Of a stretch of 64,000 nucleotides of DNA, positions 39,790 to 51,500 are shown piece after piece; position 1 is the stretch's first letter; each line of letters starts with the position of its first letter. Origin of the DNA: Gnetum montanum (lineage: Eukaryota > Plantae > Gnetophyta); assembly GCA_015680685.1 (NCBI GenBank), contig MNCI01002813.1, positions 1,359,403 to 1,423,402 of the forward strand. The letters run 5' to 3'. The translations under genes and the position numbers were made by a program. The notes under the pieces were generated by a model. The model saw only the letters and a program-made list of their open reading frames with translations, was not told where the DNA came from and did no database searches.

Positions 39790-41836
39790 CCTGATATTAC
39801 GTCTAACACCTGATCAACAAATGACAATGGAAAATGGTCCTTGAATGTTGCCATATTAAGTAGCTGAAAATCAATGTAAACCCACCACTTGCCTCCTTTC
39901 TTTAACACAATTACAAGTGGATTAACCCACTCACTATTTGCAATGGGATAAATGAACCCTACCTTGAGTAGTTGTTCGATTTCCTCTTTGATGATCTACT
40001 TCAATTTGGTGTTCAATTGCTTCTATGGCTATCTATTTGGCTTAATGACTGAATCAATGTAGATGCAATGTTGGCATATCTTAGGATCAATCCTTATGAG
40101 TTCAGGATATGACCAAGCAAAAGTTGCTAACTATTTTTCCACCACATTCAATAGTATCTTTTTCTACTCTAAATTAAAGTTTGCATTGATTATGATTAAC
40201 TTGCCATTTTTTAAGAACACATATTTTATGTTAGTCGGTAGCATTTTTAGTTCAAGGGGCTCTTGCATGAAGTTTTCAAGAATTTCCAACTCTCCCCAAT
40301 AGGTATCATTATTTACATCATCAAAGAGTTGGTGATGAACTTGCTCTAGGTCATCCATGCCTGTGACATATGCACATGTTAGGCTCTTAGGTGGTTCCAT
40401 GCAAAGTGTGTTGCTCTTAGAATTAATGATCAACCATTGGGTGCCCTCCTATTTTGTGGCTACTGCGTATGGACACCTTTGAATTTTTGCTTCTAGTGTA
40501 CACTGCTTACATGCAAAGATAGATGCTTGTTTCACTACCCAAATTTTCTTCACACAATTGCACCCTATATCGAGGTACATGATGCATGGAACTCTCTTCT
40601 TCTTGATCTTTCCAAATGCATTTTCTTTGGATATTTCTAGGAAAAGATCTCTAATGCTCATTCTCACATCAATGATCTTAAGCCATGCCCTTCCCATGAT
40701 GATTGAGAAATCCCCTTTGTAGTTCTCCACTTTGAGCACTAGGAAATTAGCAAGATAAGACCACTCATAGACAATGGTCACAATGTCTTCCACTAGTCCC
40801 AATGGAATAGTGATGGACTAGTCAACCAATTCTAATCTGATATTGCTTTTCTTAAGAGGAGGCAAGTTCCATGTAGTGTACATCTCATGAGAAATTAAAT
40901 TGACACTAGAACTTGAGTTGAGAAGAGCTTTGCATGGTTCATTCCCAACAATCTACAAATAGATGAGAGAACTTTCAAGATTGGCTAGTTTCCTATGAAG
41001 GTTTACATCATGAATCCAATTAGATACAGTGTGAGTAGGCATCACAGTATGGATCTTAGGCAAATTTTTCTTTGAATGGGACTTGAAGGAATTTGATACA
41101 AAGGAAAATGGAGGGATAGGGTTGTCAAATGTGGGTGTATTTGAGGGCTTAGGTGGATTGCAAGATTGAAAGAAAGGTCTTTTCCTTGATCAAGTATTTG
41201 ACCCAATTAGTTGATGTAGATTAACAACCCTACTAGCATTGCATTGTTGTAGTTGAGTTGGTAGTTCACCCTACATAGGTGGAGTAGGTGGTAGTTATGT
41301 GGCTAGAGGAGGAACATGTGTAGGGATAAGAGGAGTTAAGGATAAAAGGTGGCATCCCTTCTTTCATGTGGAGAATGAGTTTGATAATAATCATAAGGGT
41401 GGTAGTGATATTGGAAAGTGGAAACATGACTGAAGGATTCACATGGAGATAGGAATTGTTAAACATAGTACCCATATGGATCAAGTTGTCTATAAGGGTA
41501 TTGTTGCCTTGGTGGTGCTAATGCCCATGATTGTGGTTGCTACCATTGTTGATACTACTCATATGGTTGCGGTGGAGTTCCACTAGGATAATATTATTGT
41601 TGCTAGTGGAACTACCTAAAATTACCTTGAGGATAAGGTAATCTTCTAGATGTTTGCCTTTGTGTTAGTCATGGATTCAAAGCATACATCCCAGACTCTT
41701 GTAATTATGACACTATGGGGAAACATTCCTTAGTATGTACATATTGGTAGTTGTCACACCCACCATCATCATCTAATTCACTTTCTGTAACTTCTTCTAT
41801 TGCAGTAATCTTTCCCTTACCTTTTTGATAGACATG
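39790..41836 (-). pseudogene. Element B gag C-terminus, protease and RT N-terminus
   Basis: ORFs 40449-40802 and 40164-40433, GKWWVYIDF, FPLSFVDQVLD; inverted homolog of 29700-31700. Confidence 0.88.
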
Positions 41837-41854
41837 TACAAAAGACTCCACACA

Positions 41855-43048
41855 CGGATGAGCACAGAAGACTCTACCTTCACTTGAGAATGAGCTAGAA
41901 CTGATGAAGGTAGAGTACCTTAAGTGGTCCGCACACGGATTAGGCAAGGATTTCTCCAAACGTATGCCAATGTGAAATGTGCTGGGTTATATGTAATCAG
42001 GGTAATAAGTGTAATCCAGAACATAGATGTGCAGAAATATAAACAAAGAGATAGGCAAGAATGAATGCAAACTATAGTGAATATTAATTGGAAATGAAAT
42101 AATTTTATTGCAAAAATGAGGATCATAGTGCATCAGTCTAAATGCAGTTGTGGGACTGACACAAGGTGGATAAAGAGCCCCAGTGGATGTGGATGGATGA
42201 TGGTATGCTGGTTTGGACTGTAGGCACAACGTGAAGGCTGTATGGTCCACATACAGGGTTGAAGTCTAGCGTGCAGGGTTGGTGTTCAGATTTTTTGCTA
42301 AGTGTCGTTGATTCCCATTTTTTGTCTTCGTTTCTCAAAACTGCCAACCTTGATTTAGTGAAAAATTAGGGTTTTTATGAGGTTTTGGGCATTGGATTCG
42401 GATCTGGAAGGGTATGAGTGGCCATGGATGAGAAAATTTTGGGTTGAATGACATGTGGCTACGTTGCCCGAGTGCGAAGAATATTACAATCGTACAGTGT
42501 GCTGCATGCCAGGGTGTATATGCTGGGCATGTGAACTCAGCGTACAAACTTGCCCAATACAAAGGAATTGAACTTTACAAACGAGCATACTATTACAATA
42601 GAAAATCTTGAACTTGGCCCTTGGATTTGAGAATGCTGCCTATCGAATTTGGGCTCATTTGGACTTGATATGACATGGTTTTAGAAGGCTCCGATTGATG
42701 TACGTTGGGCTGCACGTTGGGTGTGTAGGTTAGCATGCAGGTTGGTTGAATCACTTGGTCGACCTTGCTTTTGTTGGTGCACACTGGGTGTACATGCTGG
42801 GCATGTATAGGACAGTGTGCAGGATGAATACTTGGTGAAAACCAAGTGTTTTAAGTTCAAAATTCGCTAGGTCAGATGTCAGATGTCACTGTATTCTTCT
42901 GTGGATCCTAGGGAACCATTTCTTGCTTAGTTCAACTTTGTTTGAAGCTTTCTGTGAGGTCCTCAAGCTTTAGTCATGCTGGGGAGCATCATGACTTAGC
43001 TTAATTCTTGTCGGAGAAGTGCCAAGCTAAGAATTTTGTGGTGTTTCA
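41855..43048 (-). repeat. 3' LTR of element D (outer end deleted)
   Basis: Colinear with 58238-59443; starts TGAAACACCAC on the minus strand. Confidence 0.92.
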
Positions 43049-44118
43049 TTGGCCCCTCTTTGTTAACGCCTAGAGGAGTCGACACGAGAGGTGTCGACAA
43101 AGAAGTATAAAACACCACAAGAAACTTAGTAGCGTTATCTGACACTTGGTAAGATGTCATCACACCGTGTTCAGTAGTACATTGGATTGGGAAATGAAGT
43201 TTGTAGCTGGATAGGGAAATAGAGATTGTGGGGATCGGGAACTGATCAAGGAATTGTGCATGGGGAAGGGGATGCTCTAGTGTGTGTACGGGTCATGTTG
43301 ATCCTTGTCAATAACCATTGTCGAGAAGACTTGGGACCAAGACATCAGGTGTATGTCCTTTGGCAGAACAAGGCTCTTGTTTAGTGTTTAAGAGGACTTG
43401 TTGGCATAACCAAAGCCATGATTATGATGTGTTGCATTCTTTGGAGGAACATGGCCTCTATTTAATGTTAAAGGGGACCTGTTGGTGGAGAGCCAAAGGC
43501 ACATAATGAGATGTTACTTGGACATTTGAGACATGAGTACTTGTTGTCAAGACAACTACCTTCCCGCCTGGGGCTTGTATGGGAAGTGCCAAGGGTCTTG
43601 TGTTTCTTTTTTGCTCTTCTTTTTCTTATTCTTTGATCTTGTACTCATGCTCAAGTGCCATGTTGTGTGTTGTAATTGCTTAAAGTGTTGCAGCGTGCAA
43701 CGGTGTGCTCGATGTTTCGGGATGTGCTGGTGTGTCAATGGTGTAACTGAGTAGAGTATGTTGAAGAATAGATGAGAAATGTAAGTGGAAATGGGAATTG
43801 TACTAGTGAATGGCTTGATTAACCTTGTTACATGTGTTAGGAACAATGTGGTACCTTGATGCTGTGACGAAGTGCATTCTCATACAAACACCTCTAAGTG
43901 TCATCCTGCAAACACAACTCTAAGGAGACAAGAAAACCACGAGTGAGTGAGTAAGCTTAGATTTGAACAGCAAATGAGGAAACAAAGGTACTAGATGAGA
44001 TTTCAAGCATTGAATATGCATGGTAGCCATGTTGTTAGGATCAACTGATGATGAGCGAAGTAGCTGCTCTGATGAAGTTTGAATGCAGCTATAGATCAAG
44101 AGGCAAGAGATGAAGCTA

Positions 44119-44425
44119 CCAATTTATAGTCGTAGCGGACTACCGTGGGTTAGTTTTATGTCATAACCCATTGGACAGTGTCAGTTTAGCATCGTAACAA
44201 ATGGTGCATTGCTAGTTTATAGTCTTGGTAGACTCTGGAGAGGCAAACCAATTTATAGTCTTAGCGAACTCCAGTGAACGAAATTGTGGAAGTTTAATGT
44301 CGTACCGAACGAGTGCTAGTTTATTGTCATTGTGGACGTTCTGTGGTATTAGTTTACCATCATGATTCCAGGATTTTCTGTGGTATCAGTTTATCGTCAT
44401 GATTCCAGGATAGTCTGTGGTATAC
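44119..44425 (-). repeat. Array of ~9 degenerate hairpin+TAAACT units in the 3'UTR of D
   Basis: Plus strand A(G/A)TTTA followed by short inverted repeats, e.g. TAGTC-GTAGCG-GACTA, AGTC-TTGGTA-GACT, TGTC-ATAACCCATTG-GACA. Confidence 0.75.
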
Positions 44426-44434
44426 CTGAGATGT

Positions 44435-47388
44435 TTAGATGTGAAATGGTTTTAGGTACAAGTGGTTCTTTGGATGAGCGAGCTCATTACCATTCATGTT
44501 AGCTAGCTTAAATGCTCCATTTTCATATGCTTTGGTGACCAAATAGGGCCCTTCCCAGTTTGCTGCGAACTTGTCCACATGTTCACGGACTGCCTTAAGT
44601 ACGAGGTCACCTTCTTTGATCAGGCACTTGTGAATGTCATATTGATAACATCATCACTGTTGTTTCTGGTACCAATCAATCTGATCAAGCGCATGCATGC
44701 GTTCCTCTTCCACTGAGTCCAAGTCAACGATGTGCAAGTCATTGTTTTGACCTTCATTGAGGAGTCCGAAGAGTGTGATCTTTAAGGAAGGTACCTGCAA
44801 CTTGAGGGGTAAAACAGCTTTTGAACCATAAATAAGACTATATGGTGTTTTACCTGTGGACATCCTATGCATTGTTCTGTATGCCTATAGTGCATAAACT
44901 AGCTGCTTGTGCCATCTTCGTTTGCTCTGATGAAGCATCTTCTTCAGCACCGAGATGACAATCTTGTTCGTGGCTTCCACTTGTCTGTTTCTCTGAGGGT
45001 AATATGGGGACGAGAACGAATGTTTAATGCCTAAGCTATTGCAAAAGGTTTTTGTTTCAACACTACTGAATTGTGGTCTGTTATTAGTAATGATGGTCAT
45101 TGGGATGCCAAAGCGAGTTACAATGTTTTCCAGGATAAAGCTGCATACTTGTTTTGATGCAGTTTTTCTGAGGGGGATAGCTTCCATCCATTTTGTGAAA
45201 TATTCAATTGTGGTTATGATGAAGCTATGCCCTGCTGAAGATGGAGGAGTTATTGGTCTGATGATGTCCAACCCCCATTTCTGGAAAGGCCATGTGATTT
45301 GAGTTGTATGAAATTCATTGGGTGGAACATGTATGAGATTACCATGCTTTTGACATGTATCACACATTTTGACCTTGGAGACATAGTCGTACTCCATGTG
45401 TGGCCAATAGTACCCTAAACACCTTATTTTGGTTGCCATCGCTTTGGGTGCTATGTGCCCTCCATAGAGTCCTTCATGTACTTTCTCCATGATGGTCTGG
45501 CCGTCAGTGCTACTAATGCACACTAACAGGATACCTTCATAGAATCTACGACACAACATGTAACCTACTAATGCATACTGTCGAGAACGTTTTTGTACTG
45601 TGTCCTTTTGTGCATTTGTTAGATGTCACGGTGTTTCTTCGTGTAGAAGATACTCTTTTATGTCATTATACCATTCTACTGTGTGTGTTGTACTAACTGA
45701 TGTAATCGGTAATTCATCAGGATTATCAGTTATGGGTTTAGCAAAACTGATTATAGAACTAGGCAACGTGTGGAACATGTTTGGCACTAAGTTTAGGGCT
45801 AATGTAGCTAGTGCATCTGCAATGGTGTTATCATGTCTGGAAACATGTTGTACATCTATGTTTTCGAATCACTTCAGCAAATGCTTAGTCAAATCACAAT
45901 ATGGTTGTAAGTGTTGTGCTTTACATGCGTAAAAGTTTGTGACTTGAGTTAGAACTAATTGTGAGTCACCTATGACTATGAGTTGTGTGATGTCAGAAGC
46001 TAGTGCTGCTATGAAACCTCTAAGGAGGCCTTCGTACTCTGCTACATTGTTGGTACAGTGAAAATTGAAATGATAAGCAAAGGGTCGGATCTCCTCAGAG
46101 GGATAGGTGATGACGGCGGTGGCACTTTCCCCTCAGGAGGTGGATGCTCCATCAAAATTCAAAATGGCATCGTAGTCATCAGGCACTATGTCTATTACAC
46201 TCACATTTTCGTTTAGGAACTCTGGCTTTATTGTTGCTTGATCATGCATTGGTGATGTAGTCATTTGAGTTGCTATAGCTTGACCCTTAACTGATGACTG
46301 TGCTATGTAGTGTAGGTCAAACTCAGCTATCATGGCTTTCTAGTGAGCTATCTTATTGATTCGTAGAGGTTGCCTGTGATAGCTCTGAGCACATTATCCT
46401 TGTAGATTATATTGACTTGATTGCAGAAGAGATAATGTTGCCATTTCTTCAAGGAAAAGGTAAGGGCTAAACACAACCTCTCCACCTCATTGTACTTCTT
46501 TTCATGGGCTACTAATGCATGACTTAAATAATAAATAGGGACTTCAGTTCCATCATCTCATTTTTGGCAAAGCATGGATGCAATTGATGAGTTGGATGTG
46601 GTGAGATAAATGTAAAAAGGTTTATCATTTTGATATGGATAGATTGTTGGTAATTTAGTCAGTGCCATTTTAATGTTGTCAAATGCTTCCTGGCACTATG
46701 AAGTCCATTCAAAATGGACGTTCTTACGTAGTAAGTAGTTCATAGGTTTCAACTTGTCCATAAATTTTTCTATGAAATGCCTAATGAACTGTAATCTACC
46801 TTGTAGACCTTGAAGTTTGGTAAGGTTGCTTGGTGATTGCAGTTTTGTAATGACCTTCACCTTATCAGAGTCTACTCGGATTCCCATTTCTGACACTATG
46901 AATCCTAGCATTTTACCCGTTTTTACACCAAAGACACATTTGTTTGGGTTGATCCTAAGTTCATATGTTAGACAACGTTTTAAAACCAAATCTAAGTCTT
47001 GTATGTGCTGCTCTGGTGTTTTTGATTTAACTGTGATGTCATCCACATAATCATTGAGCAAATGAAGTATGTAATCGCTAAAAATGAATGTCATTGTTCT
47101 TTGATATGTGGCACCAGAATTCTTCAAGCTGAATGACATCATTGTATAAAAAAGGGTACCCCATGATGTCATGAAGGTCATCCTGAGCTGATGTTCCAGG
47201 TTAATCTGTATCTAGTTATATCCTGAAAAGCCATCCATAAAAGACAACAAAGCATGTCCCTCAATTGAGTCAACAAGTTGATCAATGCTAGGTAGCGGGA
47301 AGTCACCCTTTATGGTTGTGATGTTGAGGTCCCTGAAGTCTATGCATAGGTGAATGCTTCTGTTCTTCTTTGGGACTATAACCATGTT
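44435..47388 (-). pseudogene. Element D pol: RT, RNase H, archaeal-type RNase H, integrase
   Basis: LCIDFRDLN, SFMDGFSGYN, YVDD; aRH LNFDGAS...CTNNVAEYEG...GDSQLV...NTIADALA; INT HEGLYGGH...CDTCQ, WGLDII, WEGPY. Confidence 0.93.
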
Positions 47389-47717
47389 NNNNNNNNNNNN
47401 NNNNNNNNNNNNNNNNNNNNNNNNNNNNNNNNNNNNNNNNNNNNNNNNNNNNNNNNNNNNNNNNNNNNNNNNNNNNNNNNNNNNNNNNNNNNNNNNNNNN
47501 NNNNNNNNNNNNNNNNNNNNNNNNNNNNNNNNNNNNNNNNNNNNNNNNNNNNNNNNNNNNNNNNNNNNNNNNNNNNNNNNNNNNNNNNNNNNNNNNNNNN
47601 NNNNNNNNNNNNNNNNNNNNNNNNNNNNNNNNNNNNNNNNNNNNNNNNNNNNNNNNNNNNNNNNNNNNNNNNNNNNNNNNNNNNNNNNNNNNNNNNNNNN
47701 NNNNNNNNNNNNNNNNN
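47389..47717. other. Assembly gap (other gaps: 27964-28038, 28171-28226, single N at 9207)
   Basis: Runs of N. Confidence 1.
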
Positions 47718-48189
47718 CCAATAAACAGGGAGCAAAGTAAGCTAGGGGGGTTGTTATGCTCTCCAAGCAATGTAACTCATGTGTACGTTTGGCAGTGACT
47801 AAGGTATGTGGTGGTCATTTATTGTCGTACCTAGACGCATGGTAGTTTAAGGCCTTACCGGGTCGATTGTGGTAGTTCACTTACGATTTCTAATTGATTA
47901 TGCGATTTGTAACTATTACTGAGTGTGAGATTGCAAAACAAAGAGTGTGTACTGAGGTGTTCAATTTGGGCAACATGAGTTGCTGTGTAAGGGAAGATTT
48001 CACATGGGTAATGCTACATAGTTATCTTTACCTTTGTTTATATGTATTTGTATTTTAGTTAATTCCTATGTTTATTGAGTAAAATATCCAAGGCGCTGAT
48101 TTCCTAGAGGGTGAGGTGGCATGTGCCACATGCAGACATATAAAACATGATGTTGCAAGCATAAACTTCAACGTAAACCTCAAAAATCC

Positions 48190-48535
48190 CAGTGTGCACC
48201 CAGAGTTCAGCGTGAACATGAGTTTAGTTTTGCAGTATGAACTTGAACTTAGTTTTGCAGCGTGAACGTGAACTTCGGTTTTGCAGCGTCGGTGTGAATT
48301 TCAGGCGATGGCGTCAGTGTGAACCTTGGGCCCATGACATGAGCGTGAACCCTAGTCGATTCACCGCGGTGAGAAGACGAGGATCTGATCGCAGGGGGGA
48401 GTAGGTGGCAAAAATTGGGATGCGATGAGTTAAACAGAAGGATTTGGTGTGTATATCTTGACAAAGCCCCAACATGCAGGGTTCAGCGTAGCATGCAAGG
48501 TTAAAACCCTAACATGCAGGGTTCAGCGTGAACAC
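48190..48535 (+). repeat. CAGCGTGAAC / CATGCAGGGTTCAGCGT repeats upstream of the antisense gene (putative promoter)
   Basis: Several gttcagcgtgaac / ttttgcagcgtgaac copies, and ccc(c/t)aacatgcagggttcagcgt twice. Confidence 0.6.
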
Positions 48536-48543
48536 GATGGGTA

Positions 48544-51500
48544 ATGGCAAGCAAGCGAAGGACCAGGGAAGGAAAGAGCCTAGCTTGACCTTCGCCAAGG
48601 AAAGTGAGGTAATTCTTCAGTGCCCGCCCAAACCCATGATCCCATCATGGTCTGGATCAACGTGCCGGTAGGCCTTGATCTTCTGTCAAATTTTGTATTT
48701 TTAGTTACTGTTTGTGTCAACTTTCCTAATTTTGACGCGTTGTGCGAGGCCTGTCTTGCTTCCGTAATGTAGATGTTAGCGTGCAAGCCAGTGTTAATGT
48801 TTTTCTCTTTACGCATGGCAGATTTTATGTCTGGGGCTTTTGGTTACATGTTCGGCGTATAGGGTGTTCATGCTGGGCATGCCAGCGTGTAGGGTGTTCA
48901 CGTTGGGCATGAACTTTGAAAAATTTTAGTGTTGGCGTCTATAGTAAAACTTCATTTTTTGCATAGCACATTTACTATGGTTCTTGGATACTTGTAGGGA
49001 TCCCAAACCTTTCCTCTTAGTGGTGGAGCTTATTGGAGTTCTGGCGTGGTTTGGGCCTATTGATTCTAATGAACTGGCTCTTGATATGACCATTTATCAA
49101 AATGGGGAATGGTTCAGGGCAGGTTCCAACAAGTTCCTGGCTTTCATCTTAGAAAAATTCAACGTGGTAATATGGTCACATCTAAGTGAAAAATTAGCAC
49201 TGAGCGTGCTTGAGACTATGTTACTAGGATCCTGAAATGGCATTGTGGCTTTCATGGTGGAAATTGATGAGGGATTGCTTACGATTGAGGATGGTCCCTC
49301 TAGAGGACCTAGATCTACCCATCCGTTATCGCGTGTATGGGACCTATTATCACATGGCTCTCACGACATCAATAGCACTTTATTCCTGGCCGCTCGTGCA
49401 CACTCCTTATTCCAGAATCCTCCTAGAATAGTGTACCAGGTAGAGAGGTAAGGTTGTTAAATTTATTATTTCTGTTCTGATGCTTAGTGGTTGTTCAGGT
49501 TTTGACCGTTGTTCCTTTGCAGGCCCCAATATGACAAAGAAGGAGTATGCGTAGGTGATGATGGACTTGCATTGGCTCATACCGCCTTAGAGACTTTCAT
49601 GGTGGGTCCTACTCTCTGTGATGACGTGTTAGCCCAGACTAAGGGTACGATTGTTCATTTTCACAAATGATACTCCAGGGCATTTGCACAATGTGAGGGT
49701 CAGTGGTGGCTACATGGGGATTGGTCCCGTAATGGCCCAGTTTTTCCATGCGATGTTGAGTTGTCTTCTAATGTTCCTAATCCATTATTCGATGGTAAGT
49801 AATAGTATTTCTGATGCTTAAAGTTTGTTTGTTCTGCTACATCATTGGTTATATTGACTCCATCAATGTTATCTTGTGCATACAGTGGATGTCCCCCCTA
49901 GTGGAGTCACCATCACAATTGGGCGGACTGAGGGCAATTTGGCCATGAAATTCAGGGAGATCAGCGATGCACAACGATGGCTGCATGAGAAGGCACTGCC
50001 ACATATTATCAATTGTCTATGTGACGTTAGCCTCATGGAGTTATTTACTGTCCCAAGTCTTGATGTCTCTGTGATCGAGATGATTGCGATTGTTGATTCT
50101 TTCAACAAAGCGATTACTTACTCTAGTACTCGCGTCAAGGGAATCAAAGTAGCCTTCCATCTGTCGGTGAAGTTCTTTTTAGACTTCTTCGGTGTACTAG
50201 CAGCTAGGACTAAAGTGATTTTGAATAGAGTGTAGAAGGAGATCCATGTGGTTCATGAATTGGAGGACTAGTTGGGTGTTCTTAAAGGTGCTAAGGGATT
50301 CCCTATGCAGGGATAATAAAAAGTAACTAAAGTCAATGAATTGTACCCCCTGTTTAGAGCACAAGTGTTTCCAAAGTCCCTATCCCAAGTGAGGACTTTT
50401 GGGGTAGAATCTATGTGCATCATTCACATGATTCTGGAGACTAGGATACGCTATAATTGGGGCAGTTTTCACTTTCAGGTTTCCATGGGGAGATAGTGAG
50501 ATTGTGTTCGAACATTGAGGCACAGTTCCATTTCACCTTTGCATTCTTCGCTGGTTACTTGCGCAGATTGGCTGAATTTCTAGTTTTTCATGTGGACAAC
50601 GAGTACGTGTTAAGGGAACATGGGCAACTATCTCGCCCATGGATTCACCACTTATTTGAGGTGACAAAATCCCAAGATGCTCCTGAGGGAATTGACGAAT
50701 TGATTTCTGTTACAACGGAGGGATCATCTGGCCATTCAATTCATACTCGTGATAGCGTAGGGTTGGAACCAAGTGATGTGCCCTATACTGCTAGGAGAGC
50801 TGATTGAGTAATAAAGGAAATAATTAGGAAGGAAAAATCCAAGGTTCAACAACCTAAGTGCTCTCGAGAAGTGGCTCCAACTGTAGATGAACCCAAGGTG
50901 AAACACATACGGTTTAAAATGCCAGTCCAAGGTAAGTAAGCTTGGTTCACTTATTTATCCTTATTTTATTATCATTATTATTATTTTTATTTTATTTTAT
51001 TTTTTCAGCTATTTATACAAAGCTATCTTACTCTTGAATGTCATTTATTCAATCCTGTGCTTATAAATGTCATTAGAGCCAACTCCTAAAGTAAGAAAGG
51101 AGGTGTTGAAACCGATTACTGAGGAGGAGGAAGTCCCAACGAATTTGGATGAGGAGGACAAAGTAGGCAACGACGAGATGGAAGTCCCTGCCCCTTTGAG
51201 GAAAGAAGTGAAAGAGAAAGAGTGAGACACCAAAGAAAAGGATCACATTGATATTCAGGGTGAAGTCGACGAGATGTTTGACGGTTTCTTTGAAGGAAGG
51301 TTAGACCTTGGTGATCCCCAGAATCCAGAAGAGGATAGAGATTTTGGTATGTTGTCCTTATTATGTTTATTTGGATCTTGAATTGTTCTTTCTATTATTC
51401 AGAGTTTTAATTTTATGTTTCTGCTACTACTAGGTAAAAATGTTGAAGTTAGGACGATTCCTAATGTTCGTTTGGAAATACCTATGATGAAGACTCCAAC

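Noticed and set aside
43049-43135. Hammerhead ribozyme near the PPT
   Set aside because: No CUGANGA/GAAA core in a correct three-way junction.
44119-44425. CRISPR-like repeat/spacer appearance
   Set aside because: Eukaryotic retroelement UTR; only ~6 nt are constant, spacing is irregular and there are no cas genes. Treated as a hairpin array instead.
47212-47770. ORFs spanning N runs (also 27905-28378)
   Set aside because: Artefacts of translating gaps.
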